From Candidatus Dormiibacterota bacterium (lineage in GTDB: Bacteria; Chloroflexota; Dormibacteria; Aeolococcales; Aeolococcaceae), in the NCBI GenBank assembly GCA_036844485.1, contig DAIUFS010000002.1:11085-75084 (forward strand): 64,000 bases of DNA, read 5' to 3'. This document shows, piece by piece, positions 16,519 to 24,769 of the stretch. Below the pieces are notes generated by a model, which worked only from the letters and a program-made list of their open reading frames with translations, did no database searches and was not told the origin of the DNA. The position numbers and the translations under genes were made by a program. How positions within the stretch are numbered: position 1 is the stretch's first letter; every line of letters starts with the position of its first letter.

Positions 16519-17577
16519 TCAGGGAAGGAAGAGCATCGAGTCACCGAACTCGTGCCAGAGGTAGCCGGCCTCGATGGCCGCGGCGTACGCGGAGCAGACC
16601 AGGCTGGGGCCGGCGACGGCCTCGAGGAGCAGGAGGTGACTCGATTCCGGCAGATGCAAGCCCGTGACGAGGCCAGTCACGACGCGCGCCGGACGCCCTG
16701 GTCCGAGCACCAGGTCCGTCCAGCCGCTCGCCCCGCGGATGTCGCCGTCAACGCCGGCGACCGTCTCCAGCGCGCGCACCACCGTGGTGCCGACGGCGAC
16801 CACACGCCCGCCCGCGTCGCGAGTCGCGGCCACGAGACGGGCGGTATGCGCGGGGACGGAGTACCGCTCCGGAGCGGGGGGCTCATGGAACTCCGGGCTG
16901 GATACCCCGGCATGCAGGGTTATGGGAGCAACCGTGACCCCGGCTGAGGTGAGCCGTCTCAGCACGTTGGTGGTGAAGGGCCTGCCCGCGCTCGCCATCT
17001 CGGCGCTTCCCGGCTGCTCCGCATACACGGTCTGGTAATCGCTCAGTGGCGTAGCGCTGAAGGAGTGCCTGTAGACGATGGGATGGCCGTGCTCACTCAG
17101 GTAGGCCACCAGCTCGGTTGGCGGGCTCACACTCACCCGCCAGAGACGTGACACCACCGCCGTCGGATCGGGGTAAGCGCTCGCCACGGTGAGGGTTATT
17201 CCGGCGGGGAGATGAAACGCGTCAGCGCGGCGAACGCCGAGATCGGGGCCGCCGTTGCCGGCGCGTCGCACCTCGACCATCCACGTCGTGTCGTCAAGCC
17301 AGCCGGACACGTGGACACCGATACGCCGTCCGTTGGCGTCGCCTGCCGTCAGGGCGGCCGGTAGGGTGGCCGAGGTGTTGACCACGACCAGGTCGCCTGG
17401 CTTGAGCAATTGCGGCAGGTCGGAGAAACGATGGTGGGACAGGCCGGTGGGGCTGGCCACGAGGAGGCGCACCCCGTCGCGGGACAGACCGCGGCGCTCA
17501 GGCGGGAGCGCGGCCTCGAGCCCTGCGGGGAGCTCGAATTTCGCGTGCGGCCGCGGCGACGCGGGGGGCGCGATCAT
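16519..17577 (-). CDS. queA: S-adenosylmethionine:tRNA ribosyltransferase-isomerase (QueA) family protein
   Basis: GDLVVVNTSATLPAAL, YQTVYA, VAVGTTVVRALE and LVTGLHLPESSHLLLL...YLWHEFGDSMLF. The ATG overlaps the SDR stop (ATGA). Confidence 0.78.
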   Translation of the reverse strand: MIAPPASPRPHAKFELPAGLEAALPPERRGLSRDGVRLLVASPTGLSHHRFSDLPQLLKPGDLVVVNTSATLPAALTAGDANGRRIGVHVSGWLDDTTWMVEVRRAGNGGPDLGVRRADAFHLPAGITLTVASAYPDPTAVVSRLWRVSVSPPTELVAYLSEHGHPIVYRHSFSATPLSDYQTVYAEQPGSAEMASAGRPFTTNVLRRLTSAGVTVAPITLHAGVSSPEFHEPPAPERYSVPAHTARLVAATRDAGGRVVAVGTTVVRALETVAGVDGDIRGASGWTDLVLGPGRPARVVTGLVTGLHLPESSHLLLLEAVAGPSLVCSAYAAAIEAGYLWHEFGDSMLFLP

Positions 17578-18305
17578 GCGGAGACGGCCGCACCGGTCAG
17601 GTCGCCGACCCGGTAGCGACCACTGGGATGTCGAGCGCTGATCAGCTCAAGCAGCGCGGGCACGACGCTCTCCGGGGCGGGACGGTCGCTGATGTCTTCA
17701 CCGGGAAACGCCTCCTGCTGCAGCGCGGTACGCATGTCACCGGGGTCGAATGCGTAGACCAGGAGCTGTGGGTGCTCGGCCGCGAGGATCGAGGTGATGT
17801 GGTCGAGGGCGGCCTTGGAGGAGCCGTATCCGCCCCAGCCCTCGTACGCCTCGACGGCAGCGTCCGAGGAGACATTGATGATCCGCCCTTTGCGGCGGAT
17901 GAGGTGGGGGAGGAGGAGCTGGAGGAGCGCCAGAGGCGCGAAGGTGTTGACCGCGTACACCTGCTCGAGCATGTCGAGCGGATAGTCGGCGAGGCGTGGC
18001 TGCGGGCTGGGGCCGAGGATGCTGGCGTTGTTGACGGCGACGTCCAGACCGCCGGACGACGCCACCGCCTCTGCGATGTGGCGCCGGTGCTCCGGGTCGG
18101 CGACGTCGCCGGGAATGGCCGTCACCGTGCCGGAGATGTCAAGCCGCGCGACACTGGCGGTGAGGGCTTTGGCGTCGCGACCGTCGACGATGACGTGCCA
18201 GCCGCGGCGCGCAAGCTCGGCGGTGAGTGCCTGGCCGAGGCCCCGGGAACCACCGGTGACGAGCGCTGTTGGAGGAGAGGATGCAGAGTCTTGATGTGTT
18301 GCCAT
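17574..18305 (-). CDS. short-chain dehydrogenase/reductase (SDR)
   Basis: ALVTGGSRGLG cofactor motif, NNAS, and YGSSK active-site region. Confidence 0.85.
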   Translation of the reverse strand: MATHQDSASSPPTALVTGGSRGLGQALTAELARRGWHVIVDGRDAKALTASVARLDISGTVTAIPGDVADPEHRRHIAEAVASSGGLDVAVNNASILGPSPQPRLADYPLDMLEQVYAVNTFAPLALLQLLLPHLIRRKGRIINVSSDAAVEAYEGWGGYGSSKAALDHITSILAAEHPQLLVYAFDPGDMRTALQQEAFPGEDISDRPAPESVVPALLELISARHPSGRYRVGDLTGAAVSA

Positions 18306-18342
18306 GAAGTCATCCTAGAAGCTAAAGTGAACTTCATGTCAA
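18306..18342 (-). promoter_or_regulatory. candidate SoxR-controlled promoter of the SDR-queA-phzF operon
   Basis: On the minus strand: TTGACA (18342-18337), a 19-nt spacer containing the near-palindrome AAGTTCACTT (similar to the SoxR-box core AAGTTAACTT), then TAGGAT (18317-18312) only 6 nt from the ATG. Confidence 0.45.
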
Positions 18343-18809
18343 GTGGAGCTTCCGCACGGACCACCGACCTGCTCCCCATCGGCGAGGTGGCACGCCGCGC
18401 CGGTTTCGCGGCATCGGCTCTGCGCTACTACGAGAAGGAGGGGCTGATCAGCGGAGGGCGCACCGATGGGGGACAGCGGCGATACCCGAGGAGCGTGCTC
18501 CGCCGGCTCGCCTTCGTTCGGGCGGCGCAGAACGTCGGACTCTCCCTGGAGGAGGTGCGGGCTGCGCTTGCCACCCTGCCCGATTCGCGGGTGCCCACCA
18601 AGTCCGACTGGGCGCGGCTCTCCACCGTGTGGAAAGGACGGCTCGACGAGCAGATCGCCGGGCTGATCGCCCTCCGTGACGGGCTCACCACCTGCATCGG
18701 CTGCGGTTGCCTATCTCTGCGGCGCTGCGCCCTGTCCAACCCCGGCGATGTCGCCGCCGGGGCTGGAGCTGGGGCGCGATACCTTCCCCCTTCCCTCCGT
18801 CGCCGCTAG
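18336..18809 (+). CDS. soxR: redox-sensitive MerR-family regulator SoxR
   Basis: MerR HTH (IGEVARRAGFAASALRYYEKEGLI) and the diagnostic [2Fe-2S] motif CIGCGCLSLRRCAL. Confidence 0.9.
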   Translation: MSSGASARTTDLLPIGEVARRAGFAASALRYYEKEGLISGGRTDGGQRRYPRSVLRRLAFVRAAQNVGLSLEEVRAALATLPDSRVPTKSDWARLSTVWKGRLDEQIAGLIALRDGLTTCIGCGCLSLRRCALSNPGDVAAGAGAGARYLPPSLRRR

Positions 18810-18815
18810 GACATC

Positions 18816-18839
18816 GAGCAACCGCTGATGCGGTTGCTC
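18816..18839 (+). terminator. perfect 10-bp stem / 4-nt loop hairpin after soxR
   Basis: GAGCAACCGC-tgat-GCGGTTGCTC begins 7 nt after the soxR stop. No T-tract. Confidence 0.5.
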
Positions 18840-18960
18840 CACTCCTGTTGAACGATGTAGGGATGGCCGTTGGCGTAGAGGTCGCCGCCGGCGGCGTCGG
18901 TGGGCCCGAAGGTGAAGTTGCACGGGCGCGCCGGCCTAGGCCCGAAGCCGGGCCAAGCGC

Positions 18961-19092
18961 TTAGGCTGCCGGGGTTTGCCCGCTCTGGTGAGCCTTGCGC
19001 GCCGCCTCACGCCGTGCGGCCTTGCCGGTCGAGGGGGCCTTTGGTTTCTTCTGCTGCTTTTTGGGAGCGCCCCGAGTCTTCTCGCTGGCCAT
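18961..19092 (-). CDS. small lysine-rich basic protein (43 aa), not in the ORF track
   Basis: GGAGG lies 8 nt upstream of the ATG at 19092. Product MASEKTRGAPKKQQKKPKAPSTGKAARREAARKAHQSGQTPAA. Followed by the hairpin GGCCCG-gctt-CGGGCC (18939-18954). Confidence 0.4.
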   Translation of the reverse strand: MASEKTRGAPKKQQKKPKAPSTGKAARREAARKAHQSGQTPAA

Positions 19093-19167
19093 GGTCGTCT
19101 GCCTCCGTCCGGGGTGGTGATCGTAGGGTGCACCAGCAACGCTACAACACCGAAGGACGGCGCGACC

Positions 19168-19575
19168 TCACTCGGCTGGACGTACCACCCTTGCGATTGC
19201 TGCCGACCTGATGGCCCGAATCACCGCGTCCGGTGCCGAGTCCTTGGTGAGGTAACTGACCGCGCCGGCGGCCAGCGCCTGGGTGATCTTCTCGCGCTCC
19301 GAGTAGGAGGTGAGCATCACCACCCGCACCGCCGAGTCCATCTCCACCAGCTTCTCGGTTGCCTCGATGCCGTCCATTCCCGGCATTGAGATGTCCATCA
19401 GCACAATGTCCGGCTTCACCGCGTAGGCGAGCGCCACCGCCGCGGCGCCGTCCTCGGCCGCTCCCACCACCTCGATCCCCTCGACGTCCTGGAGAATGTC
19501 AGTGAGGCCCTTGCGCATCAGCGGATGGTCGTCGGCGATGAGCACCCGGATCACGGCCTCGTCGGGTTTCAGCAT
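19168..19575 (-). CDS. stand-alone response-regulator receiver domain (NarL-type REC, no output domain)
   Basis: VLIADDHPLMRKGL...DIVLMDISMPGMDG...VVMLTSY...GAVSYLTKD. Ends after 135 aa, and only 75 nt remain before the next gene. Confidence 0.85.
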   Translation of the reverse strand: MLKPDEAVIRVLIADDHPLMRKGLTDILQDVEGIEVVGAAEDGAAAVALAYAVKPDIVLMDISMPGMDGIEATEKLVEMDSAVRVVMLTSYSEREKITQALAAGAVSYLTKDSAPDAVIRAIRSAAIARVVRPAE

Positions 19576-20978
19576 GGCAGGGTCAGCATAAGCGAGGTCC
19601 CGTGGCCTGGCTCGCTCTCCAGAGACAGGTGCCCGCTCGACGCCTCCACCGCGTTGTTCAGCAGATGCAATCCCACATGACCTTCGTCGCGTCGGCGCGT
19701 GCGGTCTGCTGACGAGAAACCGCGGCCGTTGTCGTTGACCTGGAGTGTCAGCATGCCGTCCACGAAGCGCAGCTTGGCGATGACCTTGGTGGCCTGACTG
19801 TGGTTGACAACGTTGCGGATGGCCTCCTGGGCAACGCGGAACACCAGCGACGTCTTGTCGGCCGGAAGGTCCATGGCCGCGCCGGCCTCAAAGTCGACTT
19901 CGATGCCGTGGGAAGGCAGCGGCTCCAGCAGCTTGCGCAGAGCGCTGTCCATGCCGGTCTCGGCGAGGTCGGGCGGCGCGATCTCGATCATGAGGGTGCG
20001 CAGGTCGGTCACTGATGAGCGCAGGGTGCCGGCCGCTTCGAGGAGGAGCGGATCCGCCGTCGCGTCGGAGCCGCGCGCTGCTAGGGAGAATGCAAGACCG
20101 GCCAGGGTCTGAACGACTCCGTCGTGGAGGTCGCTGGCGATCCGCTTGCGTTCGACATCACTGGCAACGATGGCCTGCTGCAGAAGGGCCTCACGCTCCT
20201 TGGTGTGCTCAGCGCGCTCTAACTCTTGGCCTCGGATCCTCCGTGCGAGGAGAACCATATACCCCTGCAATACGATGACCGGCAGCAGCGTGGTGGTGAA
20301 TCCGACCGTGCCCCCGAAGCGGTTGAGCAGCACCGCGCCGAAGGCCGCCCACCCGTAGCCAATGTAATACAGGACGGACGTCGACGTCATACGTAGATAG
20401 GTGTTCCAGAACTTCGCCTGCCGATGCGATGCCAGATTTATGACGCCAGCCAGAAGTGCCTGGTTGACCATTCCCTGTACGGCTCCGGCGACTGTGGCGG
20501 CCACCGCACCTGCTGTGAGGCCGGGCCACAACCGTGTCAATTCCGAGAAGACGAACCACGCGCAGAGATCGCTGATGAAGTAGTTGGAGAGATTGAACAC
20601 TGCGCGGAACCACCCTGTGTGGGTCCTGGCGGCTACTGCGACAGCCTGAGGGACGGACGCTGCAGCCGCCCCAAGTGGCCCAAACGTAAAAGCCAGCGCG
20701 AGGTGAACAAAGACGCCGGCCGACCAGACGCTGTCCACTCCTTCGGCGATCCGAACGCTGCAATAGGAGCCGGCGAAAACAACTAAGGCGCCAATTGCGA
20801 CGGTTGGTGGATTCGACACGCCGCGAACCGTCAACCCGGCAAGAACGGCCGCAACAGCAGCCATCGCCAATACATACGCCACAAGCGAGGTGGTGTATTG
20901 CACCGGGGCGGCTCGGGTAACCTGGGGCAGCAAGCCGCGGAGCTTTCGAGTTGGTGCGAAGACGTCCGCCAAAGCCAT
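19569..20978 (-). CDS. sensor histidine kinase (HisKA_3/NarX-DesK type) with a polytopic N-terminal membrane domain
   Basis: H-box DLHDGVVQTLAGL and HATPase_c (VNDNGRGF...GHVGL). Start uncertain; I prefer the ATG at 20978 (MALADVF) over 21131. Confidence 0.8.
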   Translation of the reverse strand: MALADVFAPTRKLRGLLPQVTRAAPVQYTTSLVAYVLAMAAVAAVLAGLTVRGVSNPPTVAIGALVVFAGSYCSVRIAEGVDSVWSAGVFVHLALAFTFGPLGAAAASVPQAVAVAARTHTGWFRAVFNLSNYFISDLCAWFVFSELTRLWPGLTAGAVAATVAGAVQGMVNQALLAGVINLASHRQAKFWNTYLRMTSTSVLYYIGYGWAAFGAVLLNRFGGTVGFTTTLLPVIVLQGYMVLLARRIRGQELERAEHTKEREALLQQAIVASDVERKRIASDLHDGVVQTLAGLAFSLAARGSDATADPLLLEAAGTLRSSVTDLRTLMIEIAPPDLAETGMDSALRKLLEPLPSHGIEVDFEAGAAMDLPADKTSLVFRVAQEAIRNVVNHSQATKVIAKLRFVDGMLTLQVNDNGRGFSSADRTRRRDEGHVGLHLLNNAVEASSGHLSLESEPGHGTSLMLTLPC

Positions 20979-21381
20979 CTGCCCGATATGGTGCGGAGAG
21001 TTCACCAAGACGGGTCGATTGCGACACGATCGACACGGGACCGTGGAGCGACGTTCCAGCGGAGTGTGAAGAATAGTGAACGAAATCACAGATGTGTTAC
21101 GGATCTGTGTCGAACGCAGCGGCCACTCCAATCGCGCCCACCAGAACTCTGCGTTGCCGCACAGTCAGGGACGACACCAGGCGTGGCCCTGGTCGGACGG
21201 AGGGTAATGCCGTGGGCACCTGGGACACCCAGTGCAGCTGCTGGTCTTGGGGCTGAGCTGAGTCTTGGTCGATGCAGGGCCCAAGATAGACCGTGTATGT
21301 GACGGTTCCTTGGACACTGTCGTGACGGACCGGTAACGGTCGACGTCACACAGGGGGGCGCCCCTCTGCGAACCTTGCCGC

Positions 21382-22683
21382 GTGGCAATCGATGCAGAGC
21401 CGGGTAGTCCCGTTGAGGGGGTTTCGGGGTTGCCGGTTCTTGCCGGATCGGAAACCCCTGTTTGCACGCAGGCATCTCCGCCGCGAGGTCCCGCGGCGCG
21501 TTTTTTTGTGGCGGTATTCCTGTCGTTGTACGGGGACTGGCTGACCACCGTCGCTCTCCTCGTGGTTCTTTTTGAGGCGACGCACAATCCAGCCGCACCG
21601 GCCGGCTACATGCTCGTAAGGGTTGCACCCCGGGTAATGGGCCCATGGCTGGGGGGCCACCTCTCCGACCACAGATCTCCGCGCGTCGTCATGGTGGTCA
21701 CGTCGGCGCTCCAGGCCATCTTCACCTTGTCGCTCATTGGTTCACATCGGGCGAGTTTGATCTGGGGCATCTACCTCGCCGTGGCGATGGCGCAGTTCAC
21801 CGGAGCTCTTGGGCGGCCTAGCCAGGGAGCCTTGATCCCCAGCCTTGTCGGTGCACGCGGGTTGCCTCGCGCGAATGCCACATATGGCCTCCTTTTCAGC
21901 ACCAGCATGTTCGTCGCGCCGGCCGTCGGCGCTGTCCTGTTGAGTCGCGTGGGGCCAGATCCCCTCTTCGCGATCGACGCCGCAAGTTTTGCCATCTGCG
22001 CTCTCCTGGTCGTAACCCTCCCGACCCCTAGGGCCACCCGGGGGCGCACCGCCGCAGACTGGCGACCGAGGATGCGAAGGACCCGAGCAGTGATGCTCGC
22101 CTTGCGGAACCCGGCGATTCGGATGGTTGCGACAGCGAACTTCGCAGGCGGCCTGACAATTACCGTCACGCAGGCCTTCCTGGTTGTGGCGGCGCACGAG
22201 CGATTTGGCGGTGACGCTGCAGTGGGCTACTTGTACTCCAGCGTCGGAGTGGGTGGGGTGCTCGGCGGTCTGTTCGCTCTTCGATGGATCCCGCCGCGCA
22301 CGTGGACGCGTTTTGCCGTCTTCTTTGTGATCACCAGCCAGGTCGTCGCTACGGCCGCCTTTAGCGCATCGATGGCACTACTCTTCGCGCTGCTCCTACT
22401 GGCCGTCAGCGCGGTAGCGGGAACCTCAATGGACACCTGGGGGATCACCGAGATTCAGCGGTTGGCCCCACCGGGATTCATGGGGCGCTACAACTCGATC
22501 ATCTTCATCTCGTTGTATGCCGGCATGCTCGTCGGAGCAGCCTGGGCGCTCGCGACCGCGCCCCTGCTGCACTGGGACGTGGCCATCCAGATCTCATGCG
22601 CTGCCATGCTCGTCCTCGTCGGCGGTGTGTGGATTGTTCGGGGCGGCTCAAGGGCTATGACGGCAGAACAAGAAGAACCCTGA
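21382..22683 (+). CDS. MFS transporter (MFS_3/EntS-like)
   Basis: FLSLYGDWLTTVAL signature and 12 predicted TM segments. Start uncertain (GTG at 21382 or GTG at 21508). Confidence 0.75.
   Translation: MAIDAEPGSPVEGVSGLPVLAGSETPVCTQASPPRGPAARFFVAVFLSLYGDWLTTVALLVVLFEATHNPAAPAGYMLVRVAPRVMGPWLGGHLSDHRSPRVVMVVTSALQAIFTLSLIGSHRASLIWGIYLAVAMAQFTGALGRPSQGALIPSLVGARGLPRANATYGLLFSTSMFVAPAVGAVLLSRVGPDPLFAIDAASFAICALLVVTLPTPRATRGRTAADWRPRMRRTRAVMLALRNPAIRMVATANFAGGLTITVTQAFLVVAAHERFGGDAAVGYLYSSVGVGGVLGGLFALRWIPPRTWTRFAVFFVITSQVVATAAFSASMALLFALLLLAVSAVAGTSMDTWGITEIQRLAPPGFMGRYNSIIFISLYAGMLVGAAWALATAPLLHWDVAIQISCAAMLVLVGGVWIVRGGSRAMTAEQEEP
21479..21507 (+). terminator. intrinsic-terminator-like element (7-bp all-GC stem, 6-nt loop, T7 run) at the 5' end of the MFS gene
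   Basis: CGCCGCG-aggtcc-CGCGGCG-cg-TTTTTTT. By eye, the longest T run in this GC-rich window. An in-frame GTG follows at 21508. Confidence 0.45.
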
Positions 22684-22855
22684 GGAGGCGATGCCCCCTC
22701 AGGGCGGGGTATCGGGGCGTCAGTTACCTGTCACCTCGATACACGGTCAGCGTCGGATCTACCAAGAGAACCATCGCTGCTCCTCCATGGTCGATCGTCG
22801 TCGACGGTGTCCACATTAGTGCGCTGCACCGCCGCGCGCAACGGGGCGTCCGGCC

Positions 22856-23227
22856 TCAGTCATCCTCTGTCAGGGCGTAGGTCAGGAGGCCACCGATCAG
22901 GCCGACATTCTTGTTGAAATGGACCTGGTGATTGCGCTTCATCGCCGGGTCTGACTGCTCCCAATACCGGTGTGCGACGTACGTGGTCGGCACCAGGGCC
23001 GCTGCCAGCCCCAGGGCAGCAAGACGCGGCTTGATGCCCAGTGCCAGCGCAGTACCCCCCAGGACCATGGAGGCGCCATTCAGGCGCACCAAGAGCTCGG
23101 GTTGGGGGAGGGGCAGGCTCTTGGCCACCAGGTCAACGCGAGCGCCCGGCTTGGTCAGAACGCCGTAGCCCGCGGTGATGAAGATCCAAGCAAAGGCCCC
23201 ACGCGCGATGAATCGTAGAAAGCTCAT
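22856..23227 (-). CDS. DoxX family membrane protein
   Basis: About 123 aa with four TM segments, plus RLNGASMVLGGTALALG and HFNKNVGLIGGLL motifs. Confidence 0.8.
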   Translation of the reverse strand: MSFLRFIARGAFAWIFITAGYGVLTKPGARVDLVAKSLPLPQPELLVRLNGASMVLGGTALALGIKPRLAALGLAAALVPTTYVAHRYWEQSDPAMKRNHQVHFNKNVGLIGGLLTYALTEDD

Positions 23228-23350
23228 GCAGTTCCATCTCCTGTCCATATCATCGAGCCCATCGTAGCCAGCGGGAGCCGACGCCCCATGGTTGGAGGTC
23301 CGGCTGCGCGAGAATGCGAGACCTTGTCAGACCTGTGGAGGAACGTCTGG

Positions 23351-23572
23351 ATGGCCGATTCCGTCTATCGCGTCACCGAGCTCGTCGGGGTCAGCACCGA
23401 GTCCTGGGAGGACGCCGCCCGCCGCGCCGTCGAGACCGCGTCGCAGACCCTGCGCGACCTCCGGGTCGCCGAGGTGGTCAAGCTCGACATGACTGTCGAG
23501 GAGGGCAAGGTCGCGCGTTTCCGGACGCGCGTCGCCCTCTCCTTCAAGTACGAGCCCGGCGCGGAGGGCTAG
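23351..23572 (+). CDS. dodecin family flavin-binding protein
   Basis: MADSVYRVTELVGVSTESWEDAARRAVETASQTLRDLRVAEVVKLD...; 73 aa. GGAGGA precedes the ATG at 23351. Confidence 0.85.
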   Translation: MADSVYRVTELVGVSTESWEDAARRAVETASQTLRDLRVAEVVKLDMTVEEGKVARFRTRVALSFKYEPGAEG

Positions 23573-24666
23573 GCCACCCGCGGTAGCCCGGCGTCGGCGA
23601 GCACGCGGGCCATGGTGTCGAGGCCGAACGCCTCGATCGGCCCGCGCGCACCGGCACCAGGTGCGCTGCCGTCGCGCAGCCGCAGCGCTCCCCAGGCAAG
23701 CAGCCGCGCGGTGAGCGTGTAGCCGTCCACGCCATGAAGGCGGGCGCTGGCCAGTTCCCGTCCGCGGGCGCCGCGAGCCACCGCGACGAAGGTGGAGCGC
23801 GTCTTCCCCCGTGCCTCGGCATCGGGGCCGCCCGACGACCCTGGAGCCAAGCGGGCGGCGGCGCGGTCGATCAGCCCGCCGGCGCCGGGCACCTGCTCGA
23901 GCAGTGCCTGTCCGGCACCGACGGCCCGCACCCCCTTGCTCAGAGGTCCGAACCACCCGAGGTAGGTCCCGACCGTGCGCAGGTGTGGGTAGCTGCGCGG
24001 CAGACCGAAGTGCTCGGATCCCCCGAAGGACAGCCCGTCGGCATGGCGGTCGCCAAGATCAAAGGTGGCGGTGCGGATCCCGCTGCGCTCGGTGACCAGG
24101 ACGCCGTCGCGCCACGAGAAGCTCGGTGCGCGCGCGGCGCCCACCAGCGACGCGAGCGTCCCGCCGCTCCACCGCCCGCCCTCGCTGAAGTAGCCGACAT
24201 CCACCTGGACCGCGCTGGGGCCCGCATCCTCCAGCGCCAGGCCGGCGACGACGTGGCCCGGCACGCAGTCGTAGCCGAATGCGGGCAGCAGGAGGACGCC
24301 GGCCCGGGCGGCGAGGGGCCCGAAGTCCTCGAACACGGTGCGCACGAAGCTCGGCTCGCCGGTGGAGTCGATGTAGCCGACACGCCGTTCGACCGCCGCC
24401 CGTACGGCCGGCTCCCCGTACCTCGCGAACGGACCGACGGTGCTGACCAGGACGTCACCGGGTTCGACGAGCGCTGCCACCGTCGCCGGATCGCCCACGT
24501 CGGCCGTGGCCACTGAGAAGTCTCCGTCCAGACGCGAGGCCAGGTCCTCCAGCCGCCGGCGATCGCGGCCGGCGAGGACCGCGGCGACGCCCTCGGTCGC
24601 CAGTCGCTCGGCCGTCAAGGCTCCGGTGTAGCCGGTCGCCCCGAACAGCACAATCCGCCCGGACAT
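23569..24666 (-). CDS. saccharopine dehydrogenase NADP-binding domain family oxidoreductase
   Basis: IVLFGATGYTGALTAERL Rossmann motif. Start set at the ATG at 24666. Confidence 0.78.
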   Translation of the reverse strand: MSGRIVLFGATGYTGALTAERLATEGVAAVLAGRDRRRLEDLASRLDGDFSVATADVGDPATVAALVEPGDVLVSTVGPFARYGEPAVRAAVERRVGYIDSTGEPSFVRTVFEDFGPLAARAGVLLLPAFGYDCVPGHVVAGLALEDAGPSAVQVDVGYFSEGGRWSGGTLASLVGAARAPSFSWRDGVLVTERSGIRTATFDLGDRHADGLSFGGSEHFGLPRSYPHLRTVGTYLGWFGPLSKGVRAVGAGQALLEQVPGAGGLIDRAAARLAPGSSGGPDAEARGKTRSTFVAVARGARGRELASARLHGVDGYTLTARLLAWGALRLRDGSAPGAGARGPIEAFGLDTMARVLADAGLPRVA

Positions 24667-24769
24667 GGCGGGCAGTCTACGGAGGCGAGCGGCCCCCGAT
24701 ACGCGCGCAATCGGTACAAGCGACGCAAAATCCCCGCTAGCGCTTTCGTCCAACACGGGAGACGAGCAC

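Noticed and set aside
20200-21500. Impression of lower GC suggesting a horizontally acquired islet around the kinase 5' end and the intergenic region.
   Set aside because: I cannot compute GC skew or codon statistics here. The drop is largely explained by a long non-coding region and a membrane-domain coding bias. No flanking repeats or mobility genes are present.
22678-22704. Hairpin CCCTGAGG-n11-CCTCAGGG at the end of the MFS gene as a terminator.
   Set aside because: The stem is short and includes the stop codon, the loop is large, and there is no T-tract. It is too weak to call.
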